Part shown: in pieces, positions 48,443-57,272 of the stretch
Layout of the letters: each line of letters opens with the position of its first letter
Position numbering within the stretch: position 1 is the first letter of the stretch
Assembly: GCA_964512185.1 (NCBI GenBank)
Contig: CAZEJJ010000010.1
Span: 291 to 64,290 of the forward strand
DNA length: 64,000 nt
Direction: 5' to 3'
Origin: an uncultured Enterobacterales bacterium
GTDB taxonomy: Bacteria; Myxococcota_A; UBA796; JAFGLY01
Program-made: the position numbers and the translations under genes
Notes under the pieces: model-generated
What the model was told of the DNA's origin: nothing
The model's input: only the letters and a program-made list of their open reading frames with translations
Database searches by the model: none

Positions 48443-49933
48443 GTGGCCCGGAAGAGCATGCTCGAGCGCGGCCTGGCCCTCGCCCTGGGCCTGCTGCTCA
48501 CGCTGGGCATGATCGAGCTGGGCCTGCGCCTGGCGGGCAGCCTCTACGACGATCCTGCCCAGGCCGTCCCCGGCGAGTACCTGCCCCGGCCAGGGCAGCA
48601 GGTGTTCCTCTCGATGGGCGACTCCATGACCTGGGGTGTGGGCGCCTCTCGAGGCATGGCCTACCCCGACCAGCTCCAGGCCCTGATGGCCTCCGAGGCT
48701 CCGACGCAGGACGTCGCCATGTTCAACGGCTCCATGGCCGGGGCCAACACCGCGATGGTGCTGGCCCTGCTGCAGGACTTCCTCGAGGTGCTCGATCCCG
48801 ACGTGGTCCTCATCCTCGTCGGCGGCAACAACGAGACCAACTACTACGGCTACAACGCCTGGAAGCGGCGCAGCCCTGCCTGGGTCCGGCTCGACGACTC
48901 CCTGCGCGGGATTCGAGTCCTGCGGCTGGCGCGCTACCTCTCCCGCCAGCTGCGCGCGCGCTCCGTTGAGCAGCCCCGGATCCTCGATGGTGTGGGAGCC
49001 GGCGTGGCCGCCTGCGCCGCCTGGCACGAAGCCCAGGGCCGCACCATCGGTGTAGCCTTCCGGCAGGGAGCCAGGCTGCTGGAGCTCAACCGCTTCGAGC
49101 TGGCCCGGGAGCACTTCCAGGTAGCCGTCGAGCTGGCACCCGATGACACCTCCCTGTACTGGGGTCTGGCGACAGCCCACAAGGGCCTGCGGGACAAGGG
49201 TCGGGCGTCCATGGCCTTTCGCCGCTGCCTGCATGTGGATCCCAGGGATCCCAGCTGCCACTACGGGCTCGGCGAGCTCGTGCTGGAGGGAGCGCCGCGG
49301 GAGGCCGGCAGCTCACCCCAGCTCGACGCTGCCCGCACCCGGTTCCAACAGGGGGTGGAGGCCGATCCGTCCTTCGCAGCCAACCACTGGGGGCTGGGCA
49401 TGGTGCACATGAAGACCAACAAGGCTCCCGAGGCGGTGAGAGCCTTCCTGCGCTGCATCGAGGCTGATCCCGATGACGCGCGCTGCTACCCCAACCTGCT
49501 CATCCAGGGGGAGATGAGCGGGGAACAGGCCCGTGTCGAGGCCGTGTTGGCGGCGCTGGCCGAACAGCACCAGGTGGCCGACGACTACCTCCACGCGCTG
49601 CAGCTGCAGCAGGACCCGGGCTCCGTCGAGCAGTGGATCCTGGCCGACCTGAGGCGCATGACCCAGCTCTCGCGGGCCGCCGGCGCCCAGGTGATCCTGC
49701 AGACCTATCCCTACGAGAACCCATCCAATGAGCTGGTGCGGAGTGTCGCCTTGGAGCTGGACCTGCCGCTGGCCGACCACCGCTCTCGCTTCCTGCAGGA
49801 GCTGGACTACGGCGTCTCCTACGAGGATCTCTTCTCTGCCGATCGAAGGCACTGCAACGACCGCGGCTACGCGCTCATGGCGGCCACGCTGCGCGACACC
49901 CTCCTCGCGCACGCCACCGCGGGGGGTGGATGA
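48443..49933 (+). CDS. Membrane-anchored SGNH/GDSL hydrolase with embedded TPR-like module (tandem paralog)
   Basis: Collinear with 46908-48434 over full length (SMGDSMTWG, GGNNETN, DRRHCNDRGY). Confidence 0.75.
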   Translation: MARKSMLERGLALALGLLLTLGMIELGLRLAGSLYDDPAQAVPGEYLPRPGQQVFLSMGDSMTWGVGASRGMAYPDQLQALMASEAPTQDVAMFNGSMAGANTAMVLALLQDFLEVLDPDVVLILVGGNNETNYYGYNAWKRRSPAWVRLDDSLRGIRVLRLARYLSRQLRARSVEQPRILDGVGAGVAACAAWHEAQGRTIGVAFRQGARLLELNRFELAREHFQVAVELAPDDTSLYWGLATAHKGLRDKGRASMAFRRCLHVDPRDPSCHYGLGELVLEGAPREAGSSPQLDAARTRFQQGVEADPSFAANHWGLGMVHMKTNKAPEAVRAFLRCIEADPDDARCYPNLLIQGEMSGEQARVEAVLAALAEQHQVADDYLHALQLQQDPGSVEQWILADLRRMTQLSRAAGAQVILQTYPYENPSNELVRSVALELDLPLADHRSRFLQELDYGVSYEDLFSADRRHCNDRGYALMAATLRDTLLAHATAGGG

Positions 49934-50084
49934 TGGTGGCTGAGCCTGGTCGGACCTGCCGGGCGGCCAGGCGGGAACGCGGGCGTGATACACTCCTCGC
50001 CGCCCCGAGGTTCCCTGGCGGGAACGGCATCAGCAGGAGACTCCGCTGCAGCTACCCGGATTCATCTCGCGAACCTACGAGCGG

Positions 50085-50291
50085 GTGAAGGCCGTCGGCC
50101 GGCGGGTGCAGGCCGTGGTGGTCACCGTCAACCTGTACCTGCTCTACGTCTTCGGCATCGGCAGCGCGCGGCTGTACGCCAGGCTCTTCCACCGCAGGCT
50201 GCTGCAGAGCCGGCAGGATCCCGCTGGGAGCTACTGGCGCGAACTGCCCCCGGTGACCTTTGACAGGAACGAATCCCTGCGCCAGAGTTAG
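50085..50291 (+). CDS. Small single-TM protein resembling the C-terminal half of SxtJ-family proteins
   Basis: GTG start; 68 aa; TM AVVVTVNLYLLYVFGIG then RLFHRRLL...DPAGSYWRE; position upstream of DUF5989 and carbamoyltransferase as in sxtJ-sxtK-sxtI type trios. Confidence 0.45.
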   Translation: MKAVGRRVQAVVVTVNLYLLYVFGIGSARLYARLFHRRLLQSRQDPAGSYWRELPPVTFDRNESLRQS

Positions 50292-50309
50292 CAGATTCGG
50301 AGGCCAACC

Positions 50310-50471
50310 ATGCGGAAACTCGCCCTGATCCTGAAGGAGATGTTTCGCCTGATCGGCAGGAACAAGCTCTATTTCCTAGCCCCAATCCTCATCAGCCTGG
50401 CCATCCTCGCCTTCCTCGTGTACACGCTGGGGCCCGTGGCCATGGTCACCTTCCTGTACGCGGGCATCTGA
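50310..50471 (+). CDS. DUF5989 (SxtK-like) small membrane protein; below the ORF-track length cutoff
   Basis: ATG 50310 8 nt after GGAGG; MRKLALILKEMFRLIGRNKLYFLAPILISLAILAFLVYTLGPVAMVTFLYAGI; stop TGA overlaps the carbamoyltransferase ATG (TGATG). Confidence 0.75.
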   Translation: MRKLALILKEMFRLIGRNKLYFLAPILISLAILAFLVYTLGPVAMVTFLYAGI

Positions 50472-52159
50472 TGAACGTCCTCGGGCTGTCGTGCTACTAC
50501 CACGACGCCGCCGCTTGCCTGGTCCAGGACGGGCGCATCACCGCCGCCGCCCAGGAAGAGCGCTTCGATCGGGTCAAGGCCTCGGCCGAGTTCCCCGAGA
50601 ACGCCATCAACTTCTGCCTGCAGCGGGCTGGCATGACCATCGATGACGTCGATGCCATCGCCTTCTACGAAAAACCCTTCCTCAAGCTCGAGCGGCTGAT
50701 AATCAGCCACCTGCGCGCCTGGCCCCGCTCCCGTGCCACCTTCCTGCGGACCATCCCTCCCTGGCTGCAGGACCGCCTGATCGTCCCGCTCACCCTCCGC
50801 AAGCAGCTGGCGTACGACGGCGAGGTGCACTTCGTCCCCCACCACCTCTCCCACGCAGCCAGCTCCTTTCTGGCCTCGCCCTTCGACGAAGCCGCCGTGC
50901 TCACCGCCGATGGTGTAGGCGAGTGGGCCACCACCACCCTGGGGCAGGGCAGCGGCACCCAGCTGCAGCTCATCGCAGAGCTGCGCTACCCGCATTCCCT
51001 GGGCCTGCTCTACACCGCCGCCACCACCTGGCTGGGCTTTCGAGCGCTGCGGGGTGAGGGCAAGGTCATGGCCCTGGCCGACTTCGGACAGCCGCGCCTG
51101 CTGGAGCAGTTCCAGCGCCACATCGCCGTCGCCGACGACGGGAGCTTTCAGGTCGACCCGGCCTTCCTCTCGGTGGTGGAAGGCGACCGCATGTACGGGC
51201 CGGCCTTCCTGTCAGCCTTCGGCGAGCCCCGCGCGCCGGGGAGCGAGCTCACCGACCACCACCGCGACGTGGCCGCCAGCCTGCAGCGCCTCCTCGAGCT
51301 GGTCATGGAGCGCATGTGCCGGCATCTGCACGAGCGCACGGGGCACACCAGGCTCTGCCTCGCCGGAGGCGTGTGCCTGAACATCACCGCCACCTCCCGG
51401 GTCATGGAGCGCACCCCCTTCGAGCAGATCTTCATCCAGCCCGCGGCGGGCGACGCCGGGGGAGCGCTGGGCGCGGCGCTGTACCTCACCCACGCCCTGG
51501 GCACCGTGGAGCGGGGGCCGGCCATGGACTCGGCGGCGCTGGGCCCCTCCTTCTCCCCCGCGCAGCTCCGTCGAGCCCTCAAGACCCAGCGGGCCAGCTT
51601 CCGCGAGCTACCCGACGATCAGCTGGTGACCGAGGTTGCGCGCCGCATCGAGCAGGACCAGGTGGTGGGCTGGTTCCAGGGGCGCATGGAGTTCGGACCC
51701 CGAGCCCTGGGACAGCGCAGCATCCTGGCCAACCCCTGCAGTCCCCACATGAAGACGCAGCTCAACGCCAAGGTCAAGCACCGCGAGGAGTTCCGGCCCT
51801 ACGGCGTGAGCGTGCTGCTGGAGCGCGCGGCGGAGTTCTTCCACAGCGACCATCCCTCGCCCTACATGCTCCAGGTGGCCCAGGTCAGGCGGGCCATGGC
51901 CGAGCGGATCCCCGGCGCCCTGCACGTCAACGGCAGCTCGCGGCTGCAGACCATCACCCGCGAGCACAATGGCCTGTACTACGATCTGGTGCAGGCCTTC
52001 GCAGCTCGTACAGGTGTGCCCATGGTCATCAACACCTCCTTCAACGACAACAACGAGCCCATCGTCTGCACGCCGTTGGACGCCTGGCGCTGCTTCCAAG
52101 GCACCCAGATGGACAGCCTGGTGCTCGGCAATCTCCTGGTGGACAAGGCCTCCGCCTGA
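50471..52159 (+). CDS. Carbamoyltransferase, NodU/CmcH family
   Basis: MNVLGLSCYYHDAAACLVQDGRI...AAQEERF, HHLSHAASSF, INTSFN. Confidence 0.9.
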   Translation: MNVLGLSCYYHDAAACLVQDGRITAAAQEERFDRVKASAEFPENAINFCLQRAGMTIDDVDAIAFYEKPFLKLERLIISHLRAWPRSRATFLRTIPPWLQDRLIVPLTLRKQLAYDGEVHFVPHHLSHAASSFLASPFDEAAVLTADGVGEWATTTLGQGSGTQLQLIAELRYPHSLGLLYTAATTWLGFRALRGEGKVMALADFGQPRLLEQFQRHIAVADDGSFQVDPAFLSVVEGDRMYGPAFLSAFGEPRAPGSELTDHHRDVAASLQRLLELVMERMCRHLHERTGHTRLCLAGGVCLNITATSRVMERTPFEQIFIQPAAGDAGGALGAALYLTHALGTVERGPAMDSAALGPSFSPAQLRRALKTQRASFRELPDDQLVTEVARRIEQDQVVGWFQGRMEFGPRALGQRSILANPCSPHMKTQLNAKVKHREEFRPYGVSVLLERAAEFFHSDHPSPYMLQVAQVRRAMAERIPGALHVNGSSRLQTITREHNGLYYDLVQAFAARTGVPMVINTSFNDNNEPIVCTPLDAWRCFQGTQMDSLVLGNLLVDKASA

Positions 52160-52184
52160 TCCCCCCTGCCCCGAGAAACCCGCG

Positions 52185-53339
52185 ATGGCTCCCGAGCGTA
52201 TCTCCGAGGTCTACCTGGACAACGCGGCCTCCACCGCGCTGGATCCAGCGGTGGCCACGGCCATGGCGCCCTTCCTCCAGCGGCGCCCCGGCAACGCCTC
52301 CGCCGTCCATCGCCCCGGGGTGCTGGCCGCCAGGGGCGTGGAGCGGGCCCGGGCCATCGTAGCCCGTCGCCTGAACGTCCAGGCGTCCCGGATCTTCTTC
52401 ACCAGCGGCGGCACCGAGTCCAACAACCTGGCCATCCAGGGGGTGGCGCGGGCCCTCGCCGAGCGCCGTGGCCGCCACCTGGTGAGCTCCCGCGTGGAGC
52501 ACTCCAGCGTCTCGGAGCCGCTGCGCTGGCTGGAGCGCCAGGGCTTCGAGCTGAGCTGGCTCGAGGTGGACTCCTCAGGCCGCGTCTGCCCCGCCGCCGT
52601 GGCGCGCGCGCTCCGCCCCGACACCGCGCTGTTGTCCCTGATCCACGGCAACAACGAGATCGGCACCTTGCAGCCCGTCGCCGCCATCGGCGCCCTCTGT
52701 CGCCAGGCCGGCGTGCTGTTTCACGTGGACGCCTGCCAGAGCTTCACCCGCGAGCCCATGGATCTGCGGGCGCTGCCCATCGACCTGCTGAGCGTCAACG
52801 CCCACAAGCTGCACGGGCCCAAGGGCGTGGGAGCCCTCTATGTTCGCAGCGGTGTCGAGCTCGAGCCGCTGTGCCACGGCGGGGGCCAGGAGCAGGGGCT
52901 GCGCCCGGGCACCCTCAACACGCCAGGGATCGTAGGCTTCGGCGAGGCCGTGCTGCAGGCACAGCCCGAGCAGAACCAGGCCGTGCGGGCCCAGCGGGAC
53001 TGGTTCGCCGAGCGGCTGCTGCACAGCGTCCCCGACGCGCAGATCAATGGCCACCCCACCGAGCACCTCTGCCACGTGCTGAGCGCCACGCTGCCCTCCA
53101 TCGATGGCAAGACGCTCTTCCTCGAGCTGAACCGGCGCGGCATCCACGCCTCGCTGGGCTCCGCCTGCTCCTCCGCGGCCACCACTCCCAGCCACGTGCT
53201 CTCCGCCATCGGGCTGTCTCCCCAGCAGGCCAGGCGCACCCTCCGGTTCAGCCTGAGCCGCTGGACCACACGCGCCCACATGCAGTATGTTCTAGACAAT
53301 ATCCTCGAAATCCTGCAGTCCAGTGAAGACCTCATTTGA
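52185..53339 (+). CDS. Cysteine desulfurase (NifS/IscS-like, class V aminotransferase)
   Basis: YLDNAAST, TSGGTESNN, SVNAHKLHGPKG (PLP Lys), SLGSACSS (active-site Cys). Confidence 0.88.
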   Translation: MAPERISEVYLDNAASTALDPAVATAMAPFLQRRPGNASAVHRPGVLAARGVERARAIVARRLNVQASRIFFTSGGTESNNLAIQGVARALAERRGRHLVSSRVEHSSVSEPLRWLERQGFELSWLEVDSSGRVCPAAVARALRPDTALLSLIHGNNEIGTLQPVAAIGALCRQAGVLFHVDACQSFTREPMDLRALPIDLLSVNAHKLHGPKGVGALYVRSGVELEPLCHGGGQEQGLRPGTLNTPGIVGFGEAVLQAQPEQNQAVRAQRDWFAERLLHSVPDAQINGHPTEHLCHVLSATLPSIDGKTLFLELNRRGIHASLGSACSSAATTPSHVLSAIGLSPQQARRTLRFSLSRWTTRAHMQYVLDNILEILQSSEDLI

Positions 53340-53596
53340 CCAGCCACGCGACCGATCAAGACCCCGGCGGGCCTGAGCTGCTGGACCTCTCCGGCGTCCC
53401 CTGCCCGCAGAACACAGCCATGGCGCTGCTGCAGCTGGAGCTCATGGACGAGGGGGAGCAGCTGGAGCTGCTGCTGGACGACGGCGAGCCCATCGAGAAC
53501 CTGCCCCCCAGCCTGGAGCTCGAGCACCACAAGATCGTGTCGGCGGGCCGAGTCGGCGCCCAGTGGCGGCTGCTGGTGGAGAGAGGCGAGGACTGA
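53336..53596 (+). CDS. TusA/SirA-like sulfur-carrier protein
   Basis: TTG start overlapping desulfurase stop; LDLSGVPCPQN (Cys in the TusA CPxP position), ...LELLLDDGEPIENLP... Confidence 0.6.
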   Translation: MTSHATDQDPGGPELLDLSGVPCPQNTAMALLQLELMDEGEQLELLLDDGEPIENLPPSLELEHHKIVSAGRVGAQWRLLVERGED

Positions 53597-54618
53597 TGTT
53601 CCAGGCTCGCACCTGCAGCCGCTGCGTCATGCCCGAGCGGCCCCCCGCCATCCTGCTGGACCAGCAGGGGGTCTGCAGCCTCTGCCTCAAGCACGATCAG
53701 GTGCAGGCTGCTGCCGGGCGCACCCGCGGCCACCTGGAGACGGATTTCGTGCGCCTGCTCAAGAAGCACCGCGGCAAGGGGGACTACGACGCCCTGGTTA
53801 TGTGCAGCGGCGGCAAGGACAGCACCTCCGCCCTGCTGTACATGGTGCGGCGTTACAAGCTCCGGGTGCTGGCGTTCACCTTCGACCACGGCTTCGAGAC
53901 CGACGAGGCCCTGGACAACGTGCATCGCGCGGTGGAGAAGCTCGACGTGGACTTCATGACCTTCCGCTCCACCTGGATGAACGACATGTTCGCTCGCATC
54001 CTGGAGACGGGCTCCCAGGCGGTCATCTGCCACCTGTGCTCCATCTGGTACATGGATCTCACCTTCAAGATCGCGGCGCGCTTCCGCATCCCCATCATCA
54101 TCGCCGGCTGGACCAAGGGGCAGTCCACCGATCACGAGGTGATGTCCAAGTGCGCCTGCAACATCACCGCCCCCGAGTTCAAGGCCATGGGCGAGGCCAC
54201 CATCGAGTTCCTGAACTCTCTCAAGGGCGATCCCAAGTACGATGACTTCCCGCGCAGCATGGAAGAGGTGCTGCGGCGAGCCAAGAAGCGCTTCAAGTCC
54301 GTGGTGCTCTCCCCTCATTGGTTCCTGCCCATCGAGGTAGACGAGTACGTGCAGACCATCATGCGCGAGCTGGACTGGGACTACCCGCGGCTGTCCTACC
54401 CAGCCCAGTCCACCAACTGTGCCCTGAACTTCATCTCCGTCTACAACTCCATGCGGTACTACGGCTACACGCACTACCACGTGGAGATGAGCAAGCAGAT
54501 CCGCGCCGGCATCATGACCCGCGAAGAGGCGCTGGAGCTGCTGCGCATCGACTTCGACGAGACCCTGCTCAACGAGATCGCCCGCCCCCTGGGCTACACG
54601 TTTCAGCCCACCGGGTGA
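53596..54618 (+). CDS. PP-loop ATP pyrophosphatase of the N-acetyl-sugar amidotransferase (WbpG/PseA-like) type
   Basis: ATG overlaps TusA-like stop; N-terminal CSRCVMPERPPAILLDQQGVCSLC zinc-ribbon pattern; PP-loop VMCSGGKDST; CHLC; C-terminal MTREEALELL. Confidence 0.75.
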   Translation: MFQARTCSRCVMPERPPAILLDQQGVCSLCLKHDQVQAAAGRTRGHLETDFVRLLKKHRGKGDYDALVMCSGGKDSTSALLYMVRRYKLRVLAFTFDHGFETDEALDNVHRAVEKLDVDFMTFRSTWMNDMFARILETGSQAVICHLCSIWYMDLTFKIAARFRIPIIIAGWTKGQSTDHEVMSKCACNITAPEFKAMGEATIEFLNSLKGDPKYDDFPRSMEEVLRRAKKRFKSVVLSPHWFLPIEVDEYVQTIMRELDWDYPRLSYPAQSTNCALNFISVYNSMRYYGYTHYHVEMSKQIRAGIMTREEALELLRIDFDETLLNEIARPLGYTFQPTG

Positions 54619-54621
54619 GCT

Positions 54622-54969
54622 TCAGAAGTCCACGTCCGGATCCTTCCAGGCCAGCCAGCCGCGGGCCTTCATGGTCTGCAGGAACACCGCCAACCTCACG
54701 TGCTCAGGATCGAAGTCTTCGCCGAAGCGCTCGCCGATGAGGGTGGCGATCTGACGCACCGTGTGCTCACCGTCGCAGAGCTGCCACACCAGGCTGCCCA
54801 CCTCGTCGAGCTTCACGTGGTTGTGGCCGCTCTCCAGCCCCTTGGCCAGCAGCTTGCCGATCCACCCCTCGGCCGCGCGTGACTCCAGCACGGTGACGCG
54901 CTCGTGCTCGCCCTGCTCGGAGTGCACCAGGCGCACAGGTACGAGGGTGGAGAGGTCCTCGGGATTCAT
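54622..54969 (-). CDS. PqqD-family (RRE-like) small protein
   Basis: 115 aa; KLDEVGSLVWQLCDGEHTVRQIATLIGERFG...VFLQTMKARGWL. Confidence 0.7.
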   Translation of the reverse strand: MNPEDLSTLVPVRLVHSEQGEHERVTVLESRAAEGWIGKLLAKGLESGHNHVKLDEVGSLVWQLCDGEHTVRQIATLIGERFGEDFDPEHVRLAVFLQTMKARGWLAWKDPDVDF

Positions 54970-54975
54970 GACGGC

Positions 54976-55779
54976 TCAGTCTCCTTCCAGGATCTCGCCA
55001 CGGGCGTCCACCTGCAGCACGCGATCGCGCCGCAGCCCACTGATGGTCACCTGTACCGCGCCTCCCGCGGCCGGTTCGAAGCTCGCCCCGAGCAGGTTGC
55101 CCTGGGAGTCCGCGATGGAGTAGCTACCCTGGCGCGGCACGGGCAGGCCTGGCGGCATGACCGTGTCGCTCATCTGGAGCTCCCAGTCGCCCTTCCAGTA
55201 CCAGCTGCGCTCGCCCTGCACGTCCAGGCCACCGTCCAGGCCCAGGCTGTCGTCCACCAGGGTCTGCTCACGGTCGCCTTCCGCGTCCACCACGCGGCGG
55301 CCGTCCGACCAGGTGCTGCGGTGCTCCACCCGGTGCAGGCTGTCTCCCTCGGCCCAGGACACGCTGGCGGAACCGTCCACCAGGACCCCGTCTCGCGCCA
55401 GGCCCTGCCACTGGTGGACCACCAGCAGATCTTCCGGCCCCGCCAGGTCGACGGTGAGCGTGGCGCTGCCATGGTAGCCGCTCCCGGTGGCGCAGCTCCC
55501 GCTCGCGTCTCCCAGCTCCAGCTGCAGCGACCGCTCGTTGCAGGCCGCGCTGCCGCAGGGAAAGCGACCTGTGAACACCTCCTGCAGCTGGACGCAGGCC
55601 AGGCGCGTATCGCCGCCCGGCTCGAAGCGCGTGGAGAGCTCCACCAGCTCTTCCACCACCACCTCACCGCGGGCCGACACCAGCACCTCGGCCACCCCCT
55701 CGCTCACCACGGACCAGCCGGGCAGGCCGGCGCAGCCTGCGAGCAGCAGGCCCAGGGATGTGCCCAGGCTGCGTTGCAT
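54976..55779 (-). CDS. Lipoprotein of unknown function
   Basis: ATG 55779 (MQRSLGTSLGLLLAGC lipobox) inside ORF 54976-56010; 6 nt upstream of the PqqD-like gene. Confidence 0.65.
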   Translation of the reverse strand: MQRSLGTSLGLLLAGCAGLPGWSVVSEGVAEVLVSARGEVVVEELVELSTRFEPGGDTRLACVQLQEVFTGRFPCGSAACNERSLQLELGDASGSCATGSGYHGSATLTVDLAGPEDLLVVHQWQGLARDGVLVDGSASVSWAEGDSLHRVEHRSTWSDGRRVVDAEGDREQTLVDDSLGLDGGLDVQGERSWYWKGDWELQMSDTVMPPGLPVPRQGSYSIADSQGNLLGASFEPAAGGAVQVTISGLRRDRVLQVDARGEILEGD

Positions 55780-55799
55780 GACCGATCCTGCTGCGTAGC

Positions 55800-57254
55800 T
55801 CAGGCGCCCAGCTCTCGCAGCCAGTGCACCAGGGCGCGCAGCATGGCTCCGGTGCCCCCCTTGACGTAGTAGCGCTCGGTCTTGTCGAGGAAGGCCGGGC
55901 CTGCGATGTCCAGGTGGGCCCAGCGCGGCCCGTCCACGAAGCGGGACAGAAAGGCCGCGGCGGTGCTGGCTCCACCCCAGCGAGGGCCGACGTGGTTGGT
56001 GTCGGCCCACTCGGCCTTGAGCAGATCCTTGAAGTGCTGGTCGAGGGGTAGCCGCCAGAGGCCGTCGCCCGCGGCTTCAGCGGCTGCCAGCAGCTGCTCG
56101 GCGAGCTCGTCGTCTTCGGTGAACAGGCCGGTGTAGCGGCTGCCGAGGGCCACCACGCAGGCTCCTGTGAGGGTGGCCAGGTCGAGGCAGTAGTCCACCT
56201 CGAGCTGGCTCGCATAGACCAGGCAGTCGGCGAGCACCAGGCGCCCCTCAGCGTCGGTGTTGTGCACCTCGACCGTGGTGCCGTCGTACATCTCCAGGAT
56301 GTCTCCCAGCTTGTAGGAGTCGGCGGCGTTCATGTTCTCGGCGGCGCCCACCACGCCGTGGAGCTCGATGGGCAGCCCGAGCTGGTCCGCCGCCCGCAGC
56401 ACCCCGATGACGGTGGCGCTGCCCGCCATGTCACAGCGCATGGTCTTCATGGACTCGCTGGTCTTGAGGGACATGCCCCCGGAGTCGAAGGTGACCCCCT
56501 TGCCCACCAGGGCCACGCTGGCGCGGGCCTCACCCTCGGGCTGGTAGTGCATGTGCACCAGACGGGGTGGGCGCGAGCTCCCACGACCCACCGCGTAGAG
56601 CCCACCCATGCCTTCTTCCTGGATGCGCTCGTGATCCCAGATCTTCACCTGCATGGTGTCGCTGCTGAGGGAGGCGGCGAAGGCCGCGAGGGTCTCCGGA
56701 TAGATGGCGTCGGCGGGCTCGTTGACCAGGTCGCGAGCCAAGCACTGGGCGCGCGCCACCTGGGCGGCCTGCTCGACCGCAGGCTGCGCGGCAGCGGGGC
56801 CCGCGAGCACCAGCTCGGAGCACTCGGCCTTGCGCTTGGACTCTTCCTTGTAGCGATCGAACTTGTAGTTTCCGGCCGCGAAGCCCTCGACCAGGGCTGC
56901 CGAGCCCGCGATGTCCAGACCCGCGGCGGCGAAGTCGAGGCCCACACGCTCGGCGCCCATCTTGCGGGCCGTGACGCCCACGGCCCCAGCGCTTCCGCGC
57001 AGCTGCTCGGTGCTGGCCTCACCCAGCCCCACCAGCAGCAGCCGGCGAGCGGGCACGCGACCCAGGGGGCGGATGGTGAAGATGGACTCGGCCTTGCCCT
57101 TGAATTTCTCGGCGCTGAGTGTGTCGGCCAGGCCTGGGCCAAGCGCGGCCACCAGCGCGGGCGGCAGCGCCACCGGATCGGCGGCGAGGACGCCGATGGC
57201 GAGCAGGTCGGCTTGCAGGTCCACCGGGACCGAGGAGCGGAGATCGAGGTCCAT
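55800..57254 (-). CDS. pepA: Leucyl aminopeptidase (M17)
   Basis: VGKGVTFDSGG, NTDAEGRLVLAD, TLTGA. Confidence 0.92.
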   Translation of the reverse strand: MDLDLRSSVPVDLQADLLAIGVLAADPVALPPALVAALGPGLADTLSAEKFKGKAESIFTIRPLGRVPARRLLLVGLGEASTEQLRGSAGAVGVTARKMGAERVGLDFAAAGLDIAGSAALVEGFAAGNYKFDRYKEESKRKAECSELVLAGPAAAQPAVEQAAQVARAQCLARDLVNEPADAIYPETLAAFAASLSSDTMQVKIWDHERIQEEGMGGLYAVGRGSSRPPRLVHMHYQPEGEARASVALVGKGVTFDSGGMSLKTSESMKTMRCDMAGSATVIGVLRAADQLGLPIELHGVVGAAENMNAADSYKLGDILEMYDGTTVEVHNTDAEGRLVLADCLVYASQLEVDYCLDLATLTGACVVALGSRYTGLFTEDDELAEQLLAAAEAAGDGLWRLPLDQHFKDLLKAEWADTNHVGPRWGGASTAAAFLSRFVDGPRWAHLDIAGPAFLDKTERYYVKGGTGAMLRALVHWLRELGA

Positions 57255-57272
57255 GGCTACTCCAGGTGTTCC

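Noticed and set aside
49968-50025. Direct repeat of (A/T)GGCGGGAACG 48 bp apart, upstream of the SxtJ-like gene, as a possible ECF promoter pair
   Set aside because: It contains GGAAC, but no CGT-type -10 element lies at 16-17 nt spacing. The evidence is too weak.
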